Assembly (NCBI GenBank): GCA_024137785.1
Contig: JAHRHZ010000087.1
Coordinates: 9,953,385-10,017,384 of the forward strand
Direction of reading: 5' to 3'
Length of the DNA stretch: 64,000 nucleotides
From: Ginglymostoma cirratum
Lineage: Eukaryota
Shown one piece after another: positions 51,691 through 64,000 of the stretch. The notes under the pieces were generated by a model, which was given only the letters and a program-made list of their open reading frames with translations, was not told where the DNA came from and searched no databases. The stretch's first letter is position 1; every line of letters starts with the position of its first letter. The translations under genes and the position numbers were made by a program.

Positions 51691-51780
51691 CTCCAGTCAC
51701 AACGGCCACTACTTCCTCCAATATTTGTCCCACAATATCTTCTGCTTTCACATCTTCCTCTGAACTTGCATCTGCATTCC
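51691..51780 (-). CDS. ARFGEF2: ARFGEF2 exon 7 (90 nt), NADASSEEDVKAEDIVGQILEEVVAVVTG
   Basis: ttaag|GG..G|gtagct; phase 1-1; resembles BIG DIVxxILEEVV motif; alternative acceptor 9 nt inside is possible. Confidence 0.8.
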
Positions 51781-52484
51781 CTTAATTTAAAGCATTGCGG
51801 TTAGAGTCTGAAATAGTACCTCCCATCATCGACCGTGACCGAAAGCAGATAAAAACTTTTAAATACACTAAAGTATCATTTTATTATTTGAAAGCATATT
51901 AAACTTGGACTTTGGCAATTACACATACACTTGAAATAGCAGAATCCATGAATCACTTTGAAAAATTTCGCAGAATTGAACAATTGTGATAGCACCAGGA
52001 TCTTTTGTTTTACTTCTGTACAGCACAACAGAACTTTGGGTATACAACTACTTTATTTCTAATTTGCTGTTAATGCTGCTCCAGGGTGATGAGGCGAGAT
52101 CTACGATTACCGTTCATTCCTTTAGTAAAATGGTTCTTCTGTAAGTCTATGATAAAGATTTGCTATAATGCATAGCTAAGATGGACCTGTGGTCTACCAG
52201 CCCATGGGACACTACATAAAAAGAATTATGAACCAAAACACTCATACAAATATAGCTGAACAGAAAAATGCTTATTTGAACCTGACCAATCTGAAGTCAG
52301 CAACGGAATTGAACTCATACGCAAAAATGCTTCAAACTGAAAAACGAACTGATCCACAGGCCGGTCTATTGAATTACCAGCAGCTCCCAATCATTGACCG
52401 AGAAAGCTTTCAAAAGTCTACAAATCAAACCTAAAACTTCACCAGTACCAGGAACTGGAAGAAAAGAGAGAGTTTTTCCATTTA

Positions 52485-52612
52485 AAGATCATTGAAGTGG
52501 GGGATTAGTGGGGACTTGAAAAGGTGGATGCAGAAAGGTTGTTTCCCCATATGGGAGAGTCTAGGACCAGAGGGCATAAGCTCAGAATAAGCAGTTACAG
52601 ATTTAAGAGCTG
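52485..52612 (+). mobile_element. CR1 fragment
   Basis: gggacttgaaaaggtggatgcagaaaggttgtttcccc..gagtctaggaccagagggcat (GLEKVDAERLFP). Confidence 0.7.
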
Positions 52613-52951
52613 AGGACTGTAGTGGAGACTAGTCAGCTGAGTTCTATTACTCCTGGAGCACAATGCCACTTTAAGGGGCTTGCTATAGACTTGAAGTAAC
52701 ACTGCTACATTTAAATGGCAATTCCTCCTCCTGAAGTCACCTTGATTGCTTGCTTACATGATTGTTCCTTTCTTGTGAAAATAATTAACACCACATATTA
52801 AATGATACATCACAAATTTAAGCTGTGTTTAGTTGAATAGATTCATATCAGTGATATTCTGAACTGGAATTCTATTGCTTTGCAAATCTTGTATGGCGTG
52901 GCAGGATTGAAAATAATACGTTTCAGTTAACTCTCAAGTAAAGATGAGCAC

Positions 52952-53225
52952 CTGTAATATGTGAAGACTGATCACATTCCACACGGTCGCCTTCTATATG
53001 GTCTATTATTGTCCCATTTTCCATTTCTGCAATACCATCTTGAGATTTTTGTTGCATGGTATTTATCTGATCTGCTTCCATCTCTGCTGAAACCAGTCTG
53101 GTAGAACGTTGTTCGATGCTATCAAGTTGTGGAGATCCAACTAAACTGTGAGGTCCAGGAGACTGCTGGAGATGATGTTGATGCTGCTGTTGCCTACCTT
53201 TCTCTTGGTCTTGAGCTTCAAGTAC
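52952..53225 (-). CDS. ARFGEF2: ARFGEF2 exon 6 (274 nt), variable linker with Gln/His-rich stretch
   Basis: tgcag|GTA..G|gtgctc; phase 0-1; open frame (ORF 52923..53231); donor is weak. Confidence 0.8.
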
Positions 53226-53554
53226 CTGCAAAGGAAACAGTCAATTTCCAATGTGGCAAAAAAAAAAAATTGTCTAATATGTTTGTCTTTTGAGCAATAA
53301 CTAACCTGTCTGCGGGAATAGGGACCAAGACGGAGGGATTGTATCAATAGCTGGTTCTGGTTCTGAATAGTATTGCGTTTATCGACATGTTGCAGCAAGT
53401 TACTAATCAGTTTTGTTCAGAGGGTTCAAAAATATTTAGACTTTAATGTACTGTTTGAGTGCATACCAAAAAGCATGATTAACAGCAACACCTGTGTTTT
53501 CCATTAGAAGTCAATTCTATACACAAGAGAGAATGCACAAAGTTGTTACCCATG

Positions 53555-54553
53555 CAAAAGATGTAGGAACAGAAGCAGGCCATTCAGCCCATCAAGTACG
53601 TTCAGCCATTCAATCAGATCATGGCTAATTTGACAATTCTCAACTTCACTTTTCTGTCTTTTCCTCATAACCCTTGTTTCCCTTACTGAAAAACAAACCT
53701 GACTAACTTGGCCTCGAATCTACCCAAATGAGACAGCCTCAGATCAGTGAAGAATTTCACAAAACATACTACCCTCAAGAGAAGAAATTCCTCCTCAGCC
53801 TAGGCTTAAATGTGCAACCCCTCATTTTGAGATCATCTTCTCTGGTCCTAGATACTCTCAAGGGGAAACAACCTTTCCACATCTACCTTGTCAAGTCCCC
53901 TAAGCAGCTTATAGATTTTGATAAAGTCACCTCTCCTTCTGCTATATTCCAAAAACTGAAGGCCTAATCTGCTGAACCTCTCCTCATAAAACAGTCCCTC
54001 CATACCTAGTATCAACTTAGAGAATCTTTTCTGGACTACCTGCAATGCCAGTATACCTCTCCTCCAAAAAGGGGCCGAAAACTGTTGACAGTATTCTAGC
54101 TGTGGTGCAACTAGTGCTTCGTTTAGTGTCACCAAAACCTCCCTACTTTTAAACTCAATTTCCTCTAAACTAAAGGCCAACATTCCTATTACTTACTGAA
54201 TTCAGATGCTAGTTTGCACAAGGACTCCAAAACCCCTTGCCTGCAGCTTTCTCCATTTAAATGATATTCAGCTCCTCTACACGTTCTGCATAACCTAACA
54301 TTTCCCCACATTATATTCCATCTGTCATGTTTCTGTGCACTCGCATAATCCATCTATGTCCCTCTGCAGACTGTCATTCTCACTACCTGCCTCCCCATCG
54401 ATTTGCACGTCATCCACAAAGCTTGACTATAGCACATTCACTGCCCTCCTCTGTCATTAATGTATCATAATGAACTGTGGCCCCAGCACCGATCTCCGTG
54501 ACAAACCACTAGTTACAAATTCCCATCCTGAAAATGCCCCTATAATCCCAACT
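53555..54553 (-). mobile_element. CR1-like LINE, 5'-truncated
   Basis: ORF 53848-54183 (EALVAPQLEYCQQFS..RGLDKVDVERLFPL); 3' UTR at ~53560-53630. Confidence 0.88.
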
Positions 54554-55837
54554 CTAGATATACTGCTGCTATGATAATGCAGAATTTTACTTAGAAGCCC
54601 AAGATACAAACAAATTTCTAACAGTGCTTTCAAGCCTTCTGTTATTTCAGGTTGATACGAACTACATTTTATTCAAAGTTACGGAGGTCTAAAATAAAAC
54701 CCTTAAGTTATAGCTATGACTTCAGACAATCGTCACTCGGTTCTAATCCTGGAATACTGCAACTTCAATAGTCTTGATAAACATTTTAAACAGAATTATG
54801 CATTTGAAACTGACTGTGGGTTGCAAGTCTTGCTTGGGAGAAGAAACTGCAGTTTTGGTACTGCAAACAGTGCAGTGTTTGTATTGCATGGTTCCACCTT
54901 GAATTCACTAGCCCACGAGACAAGCTTGCTGAATACTTTCAATAGCCATTAACAATTGATTGTTTTGACAGTGAGAGTGGTCTATGGACACACCACACTT
55001 GCTCAATTTCACATTTAAATGAACTGTTCAGAGCTAGTTGACCCTTCAAAGCTGATCTGAACACTACTTTAACTATATCAGGTTCAACGTCAAATCTCAG
55101 CACTTCCACATTACTAATAGTCTCATATGACTCCTGTACATGGTTAGTTAAATGTTCATAAAACAAGTCATACTAACAAGTGAAAATATTCCACACGGAG
55201 GTTACAGCTCAAGTACATGACCAATGCTGACCGAGTAATAAACAACAACTGTAGAAATAAAGCCAACAGTTCAGGTTGTTTGACTATAGGTTGCTCACGT
55301 GGATAACATTTATTGTGAAATAACGAAGATTATTACAAACAATTACTGCAACAGTACTCCTTAAAAATCAAGAAGGGTTGATCCCAATAATAAAAAAACC
55401 CCTTATAATGCATAAAACCCAACTTGGATAAAGATAAAAATTAAAAATTAAAAAAAAAGTGTTTGACATGATAATAAAGCAGCTTGTGTCGAGAAAGCAA
55501 TTCCCTGAAAGTTTGAAGGATGCTGCATTGCATCTCAAGTGGTGAACTGCAGTAAACAATGTGTTTTCTCCTCTAATTTACACGATCTCTCCAATTGGTG
55601 AAATGGAAGTGAATTGGGGAAACACTGGAAAAAAGGGGTAAATCATCCCTAAGCCTGATCCTCTCAAGAATGATGCTGGAAATAGGTCACGCTCAACTTA
55701 AAGCAGATTCTGCAATGTTTTGTTGCTATAAAACCTTCAGGACATTCTGCTCCAAATATCTATTGTATGCTGCCTTCAGCAATAGAATGGCTAAGTTTAA
55801 ACAAAACTTCAGATCCAAAACTTATGATGTTAACTTA

Positions 55838-56026
<189 letters not shown>

Positions 56027-56551
56027 CTAAACAATGAGCAATAGATAAACAAGCAGTGAAGAAAAGTCTGTTTCATGGAAATTGCACTCATTTAATCTTA
56101 GTTTCATTTTCCTTTGAAGCCTTGTCATTTTCAGACCAATGTACACATTCACACCCGTTTTTCATGGAGGATTTATCTATACAAAACATTGCATCATTGC
56201 TTAATAAATAAATATCTGTTCTCTATTTCAAGTTGTACAGTTTAGAAATATACTGGTACTCATCACAAACAATAAGCTGAAACTTCACGTCGTTATATGC
56301 TCAGTTATTCAATGATGCAAAACAACTGAAGTAGAAAAATGCTCAAATGGGTTGCATCACTCATCAAAAGAGCTGAAGGGTCTCTGCTCCAATTTAAACC
56401 TTTCCATTGTCTTAAAAACAGCATTTTAAATTTACCATGGGGGCTGTGGCCCTTGTTAGGAATATTTCAGCTAGGCATTTTTTAAAAATTACTAGGTATT
56501 GACGCCACTGTCAACAACGATGAGTTAAACTGGTTGAAATATCAGGCACAC

Positions 56552-56695
56552 CTTAATTATCTGAAGCTGAACACCTTCATCTGTTTGAGTTCCTTGAAAA
56601 CATCCACAAATGGTTTCAATAATTCTATCGATCAGTCTCTTTCCAGTTGAACTGTCTGGGGCATTACCCGTGATATGTCCATATGCTATCAGTTT
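56552..56695 (-). CDS. ARFGEF2: ARFGEF2 exon 4 (144 nt), [15 protein letters not shown]...EGVQLQIIK
   Basis: ag|AAA..AAG|gt; phase 0-0; conserved DCB sequence. Confidence 0.95.
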
Positions 56696-57829
56696 CTATG
56701 AAAGACACAAATGCACATGTTAATTAACATTGAAGGCAGATCACGTTTCACCATTTCTCAACACGGTGGGAAATAAAATTGCATCCAAAACCGATGTCAT
56801 TTTCACTACAGATCCATTTAGGTTACTATCACTGAGTTCCTGATTTAATGATCAGCCTCAGCCATCTTTGGGTTCTGCTCCCTCTCTTACAGACCCGTAA
56901 AGTACTTGAGCTTCAACTTTCCCCTATTTTCAGCAGAGCTGCTGGTGCATCCTTCTGTTTGTATCTCTGATTAAAAGTTTCTTTAGATTGTTAAGCAGTA
57001 TTGTCAGTGACGCATACATCAACAAAATATTGAGAGACTGGGAACGGGATCCTAAAACAGGGAAGAAAGGGAAAAAAAACCACTTTTGAAAAGTCATATC
57101 AAATTAGAACATGAGTAACCAATTACCAACTACTGCGTAATGCACTAGGGATATGGAGATGGAGGAGGAAAGGGCATGGTCCCGGTAATAAAGAGAAGTT
57201 ACTAATAAAAGTATGTAATTCCACAAGCAATCTAGGTATATAACAGACTTCATGGTAAACGAGGGTGACCATTTGGTCCATCATTTCCACATCAGGAGAC
57301 AAAGGGCTTCCCAGCCTAATACCACTTTTGTGCACTAGACCCCTAGCACTGAGGGTGATGGTTTTCCAAGTAGACATCAAAATACTTTCTAAACATGGAG
57401 AGAGTTTCTGCCTCTAGAATCCTTTCAGGCATTTTGTTCCAAGTTCCTCCTAGAAACATCTCAGTAACCATATAGTAGTTACGCCCAAACCCTTACATAA
57501 TTGAGATCATATTTGCTGATTTCAAATGTAACTGCAAACTGCTGGTTCCAAACATAAACATTGTATGGCTAGATGACTGATATCATCTTCATATGCTAAT
57601 CCATTTACGTTACATTCAGCCATTTTTGGGTTCTACTCCCTCTCTTGCAGATCTGCCAGTACTTGTGCTTGACTTCTGACAAGACCACCTGGTGTGTTGC
57701 AGGTTGCCCTCGCATCAGACAAATGAGTACGTTAGTGCTACAAAAAGTGAAAGAAAGCATGATAACATGACATGACACGACACAATCAGGGAGATGTAAA
57801 AACAGAACAACATCAAGGCACTTGCTGCA

Positions 57830-58085
57830 GAAGTAATCAATTAAATAAGTACTAAGCACAAAATGGAGGTATTTGGAGATGAACAAAAGCTTGATCTGAT
57901 CACTGGGATCTAATAAAGTTCTTGAAGGAGAGCAAGGCAGACTTGGCAGGGATTAGCAAAGAAATTCCAGAACATGAGCAGCTGAAGAGGCACAGATCAA
58001 ATGGTGGGACAAAGTGAAAGAAAGAGACCAAAGAAAGGAAGGAATATTGAGATAGTTGTAGGGCTGGACAAGATCACAAAAAAAG
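57830..58085 (-). mobile_element. L2-like 3' fragment, decayed
   Basis: gaacaaaagcttgatc...gggattagcaaagaaattccagaac..gcagctgaag is reverse-complement-similar to the L2 3' region. Confidence 0.45.
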
Positions 58086-59001
58086 TTCCCAAACTATCGA
58101 AAATTACTTTATGGTTCTGCTTACAGACCAAAAATTGTTGAAAATACAGCTTTCTTACACAAATCATTTGATGCAGTTAACATCATCTTGCTAGCGTTAC
58201 ACTGAGAAGTTGACTTAGTACTGTATTAGAAAACAAAATATTGATACATCCACAGTTTGCAATTTCAAAGAAATTAGTTAGCTTAGATTTCACACACAGT
58301 CAACATAGGCAGCATTTAAAGTGGATTACATTTTCCATGAAAGTACTCCATTTCGAATAAATTATCACAACTCCGGTACAGTGATAGCAATATATTGCAT
58401 TAGTTAAAACTTCTTTCTACTTAAGTGCTATAAATTGATTTTAATTTTAAATTTTAAGAGAAGGTATTAAACATTAAAAACTCATATCCATTAAAACGAC
58501 ATACAGATTTGTATTTCAGACTTTTAAAACTAACTTCTACAAATTTTCAGTAAAAATACCATGTACCGAAACACCACATGCTTCTAAACAGCTGAACACA
58601 AAATGCCTATGCATTTGAACCCAACGCAGGTTTTAGAAGTATTTTTCACATTTCTGTCTGACTATTTTTCAAAATAACACAGACAACATTGACGGAATAA
58701 ACTTGTGATGTAAATGCATTAAGGGTTGAAATGTCACTTTTTAAAAAATCCTCTTCCTGATAGTAATGCACTGCTGAATGCAATTTAAATACTATTTTTG
58801 ACGGATTAACATTAGACGATTGAAACTTATTCAAACTGTTTGCATAGTGGGTTGAACCCCAAATGCAATTCCAGGTCTTACAAAGGTAGACAAACAAGAC
58901 CGAACTAATCCAATGTAATCTGCAGGAGGTTGATTTAATAAATCATTTCCAAAGGATAGTATACTAATTGCACATATTACATTATAAAGCAGTGTACACA
59001 C

Positions 59002-59134
59002 CTGCAAGCAGTCCAAAGATGTGCTGATGATTCGAGGGGATTTTGATTGGCAGGCCAACTCAAATGGAAGAAAGTATTTATCCGCCTCTATGAAGTTTGC
59101 CCTTGGCAGTGTTGAGACATTTTTCTCTCCAGCA
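59002..59134 (-). CDS. ARFGEF2: ARFGEF2 exon 3 (133 nt), ...[32 protein letters not shown] (DCB)
   Basis: tgtag|...CAG|gtgtgt; phase 2-0; conserved DCB sequence. Confidence 0.92.
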
Positions 59135-59450
59135 CTACAGAATGGGGAGCAATTTAAAGAAATGGTTGAATAACTTCATTAAGAAATTCACAAAGAATAT
59201 TTGTGATCAGATCAATTTTCCAAAAACTCAGCAAAACCGTAAAATAATAGCTCCGAAATCAATTAATTGGGAACTAACATGCATTAGAAACTGAAACAAA
59301 ACTCTTTCTTACAATACATGAAGATTTGTCACGTTCTCCTTATTTACATCGATCTGTTGAAATCTAAAGATACCTTACCACAGACTGTGTCTAAACTGAC
59401 TTGGACAAAATGTAAAATATTGAAATATTTATTACAAATATTCTGGCTAG

Positions 59451-59706
59451 TGAAATCATACGAAAAAGGCAATCGTAGTGATTGGAACAAGGTCAGCTGG
59501 TAGGACCTCATGGAGTAGGAGCTCCCCGATTGGTCTGTTAATCTAGTCAAATCAGGGAATCCTAGCTGACATATAAACAGGAGTGTCAGGGGTTCTGGTC
59601 ACTCTAGCAGCCGACTTGGAGCTAGCTGGGTCAGTGTCATGTATTATGCACTTGTAAATAAACAGTGACTTGGTGATGGGATGCTGGCCTTTGTGGAGTT
59701 ATTTCA
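59451..59706 (+). mobile_element. Solo LTR (256 bp)
   Basis: TGAAAT...ATTTCA inverted termini; TATAAA at ~59572; AATAAA at ~59657. Confidence 0.6.
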
Positions 59707-59833
59707 CAAATGTTTTGTGTACTTTTCAGAGTGAAGACTGCTACATGCTGCAGCATAAATGGAACGCTCATTTGAGTCATAGTAAAGTTAAAATATATCA
59801 ACTCTCAGAAGTAATAGAAACCTTATGTCTTAC

Positions 59834-59864
59834 CTTTGTTTTTCTATTTCAGTTTTTATTTCTT
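59834..59864 (-). CDS. ARFGEF2: ARFGEF2 exon 2 (31 nt), EIKTEIEKQ
   Basis: acag|AA..AG|gtaag; phase 1-2; matches BIG exon 2 DEIKAEIEKQ. Confidence 0.9.
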
Positions 59865-60974
59865 CTGTTGGAGAAAAAAAATTGGAATTACTATTTTCAG
59901 TTAGGTAATACAAGGACATCAGTCAATAGACCACACTTCCAACAAATTTACGAAGAAAGTAGCACTGTAAAAGCTTCCGTAAACTATGGCCAGCACAGAT
60001 ACCTTCAGTGCTTTAAATGCTCCACACTTCTATGTTCAACAGTCACCTTTGCATAAACTCCAACTCGATATTACTTTTATACCGAATGGCACAGTGGCTA
60101 TGCAAAACAGATCAGTCCTTCAGGCCACATTCAGTTAGGCCAGTTACCAATAATGCACTGATCATTTATAACAAGTCAGTTGACTTCAGTGTGGTTTAGG
60201 TTCAGATTAGTGATATAGATAAACATATTCTAGATCTACAAACAAACAAATAGCACAAATTAAAAAAATTAAATTCATCCATTTCTAATGGTTTTCACAT
60301 TGTCACAATATAAAACTGAAGTTATACTTGAAGACAGACTCAATAGAAGTAGTTGAGGAACAGGATGTGTGTTATTCAGGATATGTTATTCCGCACAGAA
60401 ACAAAGCTTTTTCTATAGCTCAATTTCTTGAACGGATTTAAGCTGCCTTAAAGTTTAAGCATCAGTATTGTAAATTGCATTTTCTAGTCACTACCAATGA
60501 GAAAGAGAAGAACTGGACAAAGCCTGCATTGTGATAACCATCAGAATCAGGAGGACCAAAAATTCATGGCAAATCTAGTTAATACTTCACCAAGCTTTTG
60601 TAAGTGCAGACAGCTTCCTGTTTGCAAACTCAAATCCTTCAAAACAATAACTATTTAGAAGGATACAGGTGCAAAGATACTGCTCAATCTCTTGACCAAA
60701 TGGCCATTGTTTATATGGACTGTGACAGGACAATGCCAGATCACAGGAGACAAACAGCTAAGTCCAATCACGTCATACATAAACATGCTCAATTTTGCAA
60801 CAAGACTTGATCAGGACACAGAAAGGCTATGGTGCCAAAAACTAAAATGATGGAGAATCTTCAGTGGAAGCCATAATGAGTAGCCTGACATTTTAGCAGA
60901 ATAACCAGGAATCTGTTAGGTGCACAACATTCAGGCCAAAGAGAAACATGAACAAGCAGCTCGGGTATATTCGT

Positions 60975-61346
60975 TTTTTTTTTAAAAAACTCATTCATGG
61001 GATGTGGGCATCACTGGCTAGACCAGCATTTACTGCCCATCCCTAATTGCCCTGAGGGCAGCTAAGAGTCAACCACATTGTTGTTGGTCAGGAGTCATGT
61101 GTAGGCCAGACCAGGTAAGGATGATAGATTTCCTTCCATAAAAAAAAGGACATGAGTGAACCAGATGGGTTTTTCTTGACAAATCAGCAATGGATTCATG
61201 GTAGTCATTAGACTCTTAATTCCAGATCATTATTGAATTCAAATTCCACCATTGCCATGGCGGAATTCAAACCCAGGTCCCCAGAACATTACCTGGGTCT
61301 CTGGATTAACAGTCTAGCAATAATACCACTAGGCCATCGTCTACCC
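60975..61346 (-). mobile_element. Near full-length tRNA-derived SINE
   Basis: Minus strand: A-box TGGCCTAGTGG, B-box GGTTTGAATTCC, LINE-derived tail and A-rich end. Confidence 0.85.
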
Positions 61347-64000
61347 TGCGACTTATTGGAAGATATATTACAACTTCAAAATGTACATTTTTAACCAATG
61401 TGATTTTAAAAAAATTTTTTTAAAAAATCAGCACCACAGAATCGATCTGAATCCAGAGAAGCAACAGAGTCTTGAGGAAAAAAAAATTAGCAGTTGGCAT
61501 TTGGAGGAGGCAAGGGCATCAACAGTATTTTTTATGAATTGCACTAAGTTCAAAAAATTTCCACTCACTATATATACACTGCTGTACAAAATCTTGAACA
61601 CAACCATTAAAGGATCATCTTACAGTTTGGACATTTAAGGAGTACTGACACAAACAATGGCAAGAATTTAAGAGTGAGGCAGTGGTATGCCTCTGAAGGA
61701 TTTCAAAGGCAGGAAGAGCACATTCATGCCTTCAACAGCAACCAGTTGAGCACGATTACGTATAAGCAGCACAAGAATAGAAATCAGCATTAATGCCAAG
61801 TTGGAATTGTTGATATGATTACATCAGCCAAAAACCACCAAAAGCAGAGAATTATTACAATTGTTCATCAGGTTGCTAAACATAGATAACAGTAACATTG
61901 ACATTTTAAAGAGGTTCAAGGACTTCAGTTTAAGTCAGCATGTTGCAAATAGTAAAACAGCAGTCAGGCAATACGCCTGCACCAATACTTTTCTCTATAT
62001 AAGCTCATTAGTTCAATTTTGCTCCTTCATTTGCACTTAAGTTCAATGCCTTTGGAGTTTCCGCTGTGTTAAATGGGGCTATTCAGCTCTATGCATCTGA
62101 AATCCACCAAATTACCACAGAAACAGAAGAATTAAGTGCAAATTATATCCAGCGCAAAATGAATTTCTGTAACCTTTCACATCAGTTTAAAAAGACATTG
62201 CAGGGCAAGCTGGCCAACACCAGGTCACTTAGAAGTTTTGGCTTTCAAGCCCAAATTTCACTAAAACATAAAACAGCTGAACAAAAATCCATGACTACAG
62301 GAATATGACATCTTCAAGCAAGGTTTTGCAAATTGCACTACATATATGTCAGATCTTTAGCAATCTGCACTATCCCCACATAATTTGTCCTTTCTTGCCT
62401 AACTACTCCTTGCCCCTCAATGTAACTTCGCTAAATTCCTCAGGCCTGAAGGTACAGAAATGGCTATACAAAGCATTATTCTTTTGTGAGCAAATTATAA
62501 AATCAGAACACCAATAGCGGGTAGTTTACGCCAGTCAACAGCAGGTACTGATTTGTATTTGAATTAAAACTGAAGCACAGTCTTCGTCCAAAAAAACTCT
62601 AATAATGCATAGAAAGTCACCATGCTACATCTACGTAGTTTTGTTTTTGATGTTGTCTCAGGTCATGCAACTTATAAGTGTCAAAATGGCGTTGTATTGC
62701 AAAGCAGTTTGGAAGTTTATAAATAGATTATTAAAATAACAAAAATACTAAAAAAATGCAATAACATTAGTTAGCCAAATTATATTAAATCTGGAATTCA
62801 TTGTTCAAAGAGAGTGTTCTTGGTCCATCTTAAATTAGTGCACATATTGATTTATTTCAGGAAATAATCCATTTTAAGCCAATATCTAAAGTCTCTCTAT
62901 GAAACGTACTTGACCTTTTACCATGGGATGACACTTTCATGGGCCTTTGTTCTTGTTTGGCTTTGTTTCTACATATTTTTCTTATAACAATACAGAATAT
63001 CGAGGCAGATAAAACTGAATTCACAATGCAGCAGTGGACTACTCAGCTTCCAGTTGTGTTAATAATTTTGACAGGTTAAGGCATGAAAGCATGGGTTGAC
63101 TGGGTATTTGGTATATTTTACACAAATGCCAAAATACACCAACATTTTCACATCTGTGATTGGAAATTAAACAAAATATTCTCAATGTACTAAGTCAACT
63201 TCAATGTTTAATCACATCAAATCAAAAAGCAAATTAATGTTATGCAGCACCGGTTTTAATGACTGCCTTTTAGGGTTGGAGATAGCAGCTCATATCCTTC
63301 ATTCTATTCCTGCACATATGACACCTCTTCTTAGCTATGCTGCAACAGGACTCTGGTAAGGAAGATCAGGTACAATCATGAGTGTTGTATTGAAGAACAA
63401 GAACACTAAGTTCAAAACAGCTGAGTCTTTTGGGTCAACGGATTACATGAAGATTTGTGTACAGCTTGATGGACAGGTACATTCACCCTCTTTTTCTTTA
63501 TAATCTGGATTGCACAGCAAGTCTCAGCCATCCCAGGAAATTCCTTTAAGTGGAAACATGAGACTGCACCACGAAGTACACATTAAATCCTCACCAAGCT
63601 GATCATCCAAAAGACTTGGGTGGTTTTAACATAACATGCTTGTTCCTCAGTATGGCACTCACGATTGTATATTTCATCTTGACATAAAAATCACAGTAAC
63701 TTGACATGCCAACTGAAATAATTGTCCATACAGAAATCAAACAAATGAAGTACTGAAAAACCTAAAACATGAACAAGTTTCTAAACACAACTGAAAAAGT
63801 TTAGCCTGTGAAGAACCTCAGATTTCTGGTTGTAGACATTGGACCTCTCTCAAATCTTGGTCTGAGTGTTAATACTTTTTTTTTTTTTTTTCGCCAAAAT
63901 TATCACTGCTAGTTCAAGGGAGCTACCAATTACACCTGTGCCTACAAGTCCCAAGACATTGGTGGAATTACATAGTTACATGCTGCAATTTTTTCCCACC

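Noticed and set aside
61230-61346. tRNA gene (also heads at ~19350-19425, ~19866-19930, ~39030-39100)
   Set aside because: A/B boxes run into SINE bodies and no complete cloverleaf is evident.
59865-64000. ARFGEF2 exon 1 or promoter
   Set aside because: No CpG-rich island and no match to the expected N-terminal MFxxRALEKIL peptide; exon 1 must lie beyond 64000.

Overview
Eukaryotic, AT-rich, repeat-rich vertebrate genomic DNA. The repeat families (HE1-like and Deu-type SINEs, CR1/HER1-like and L2-like LINEs, Penelope-type hairpins) point to a cartilaginous fish, most likely a shark (inference). The window is the body of one minus-strand gene, ARFGEF2 (BIG2, brefeldin A-inhibited Sec7 ARF-GEF). 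I traced 34 consecutive GT-AG coding exons (59864 down to 971, equivalent to exons 2-35 by recalled human numbering) that splice in one open frame of 4736 nt covering DCB, HUS, Sec7 and HDS regions. Exon 1 and the last exons lie outside the window. All other ORFs in the track are antisense shadows, decayed LINE RT fragments or chance. I found no new multi-gene system. The most notable items are a candidate extra 39-nt in-frame exon, a 69-bp-arm palindrome near a 3' splice site, Penelope-type hairpin relics (one with a 16-bp TSD and a decayed hammerhead-like core), nested SINE/LTR/CR1 insertions, a CR1-in-CR1 foldback, and BIG1-like features retained in this BIG2. Family names for repeats and human comparisons are from recall, not database searches; repeat boundaries are approximate.
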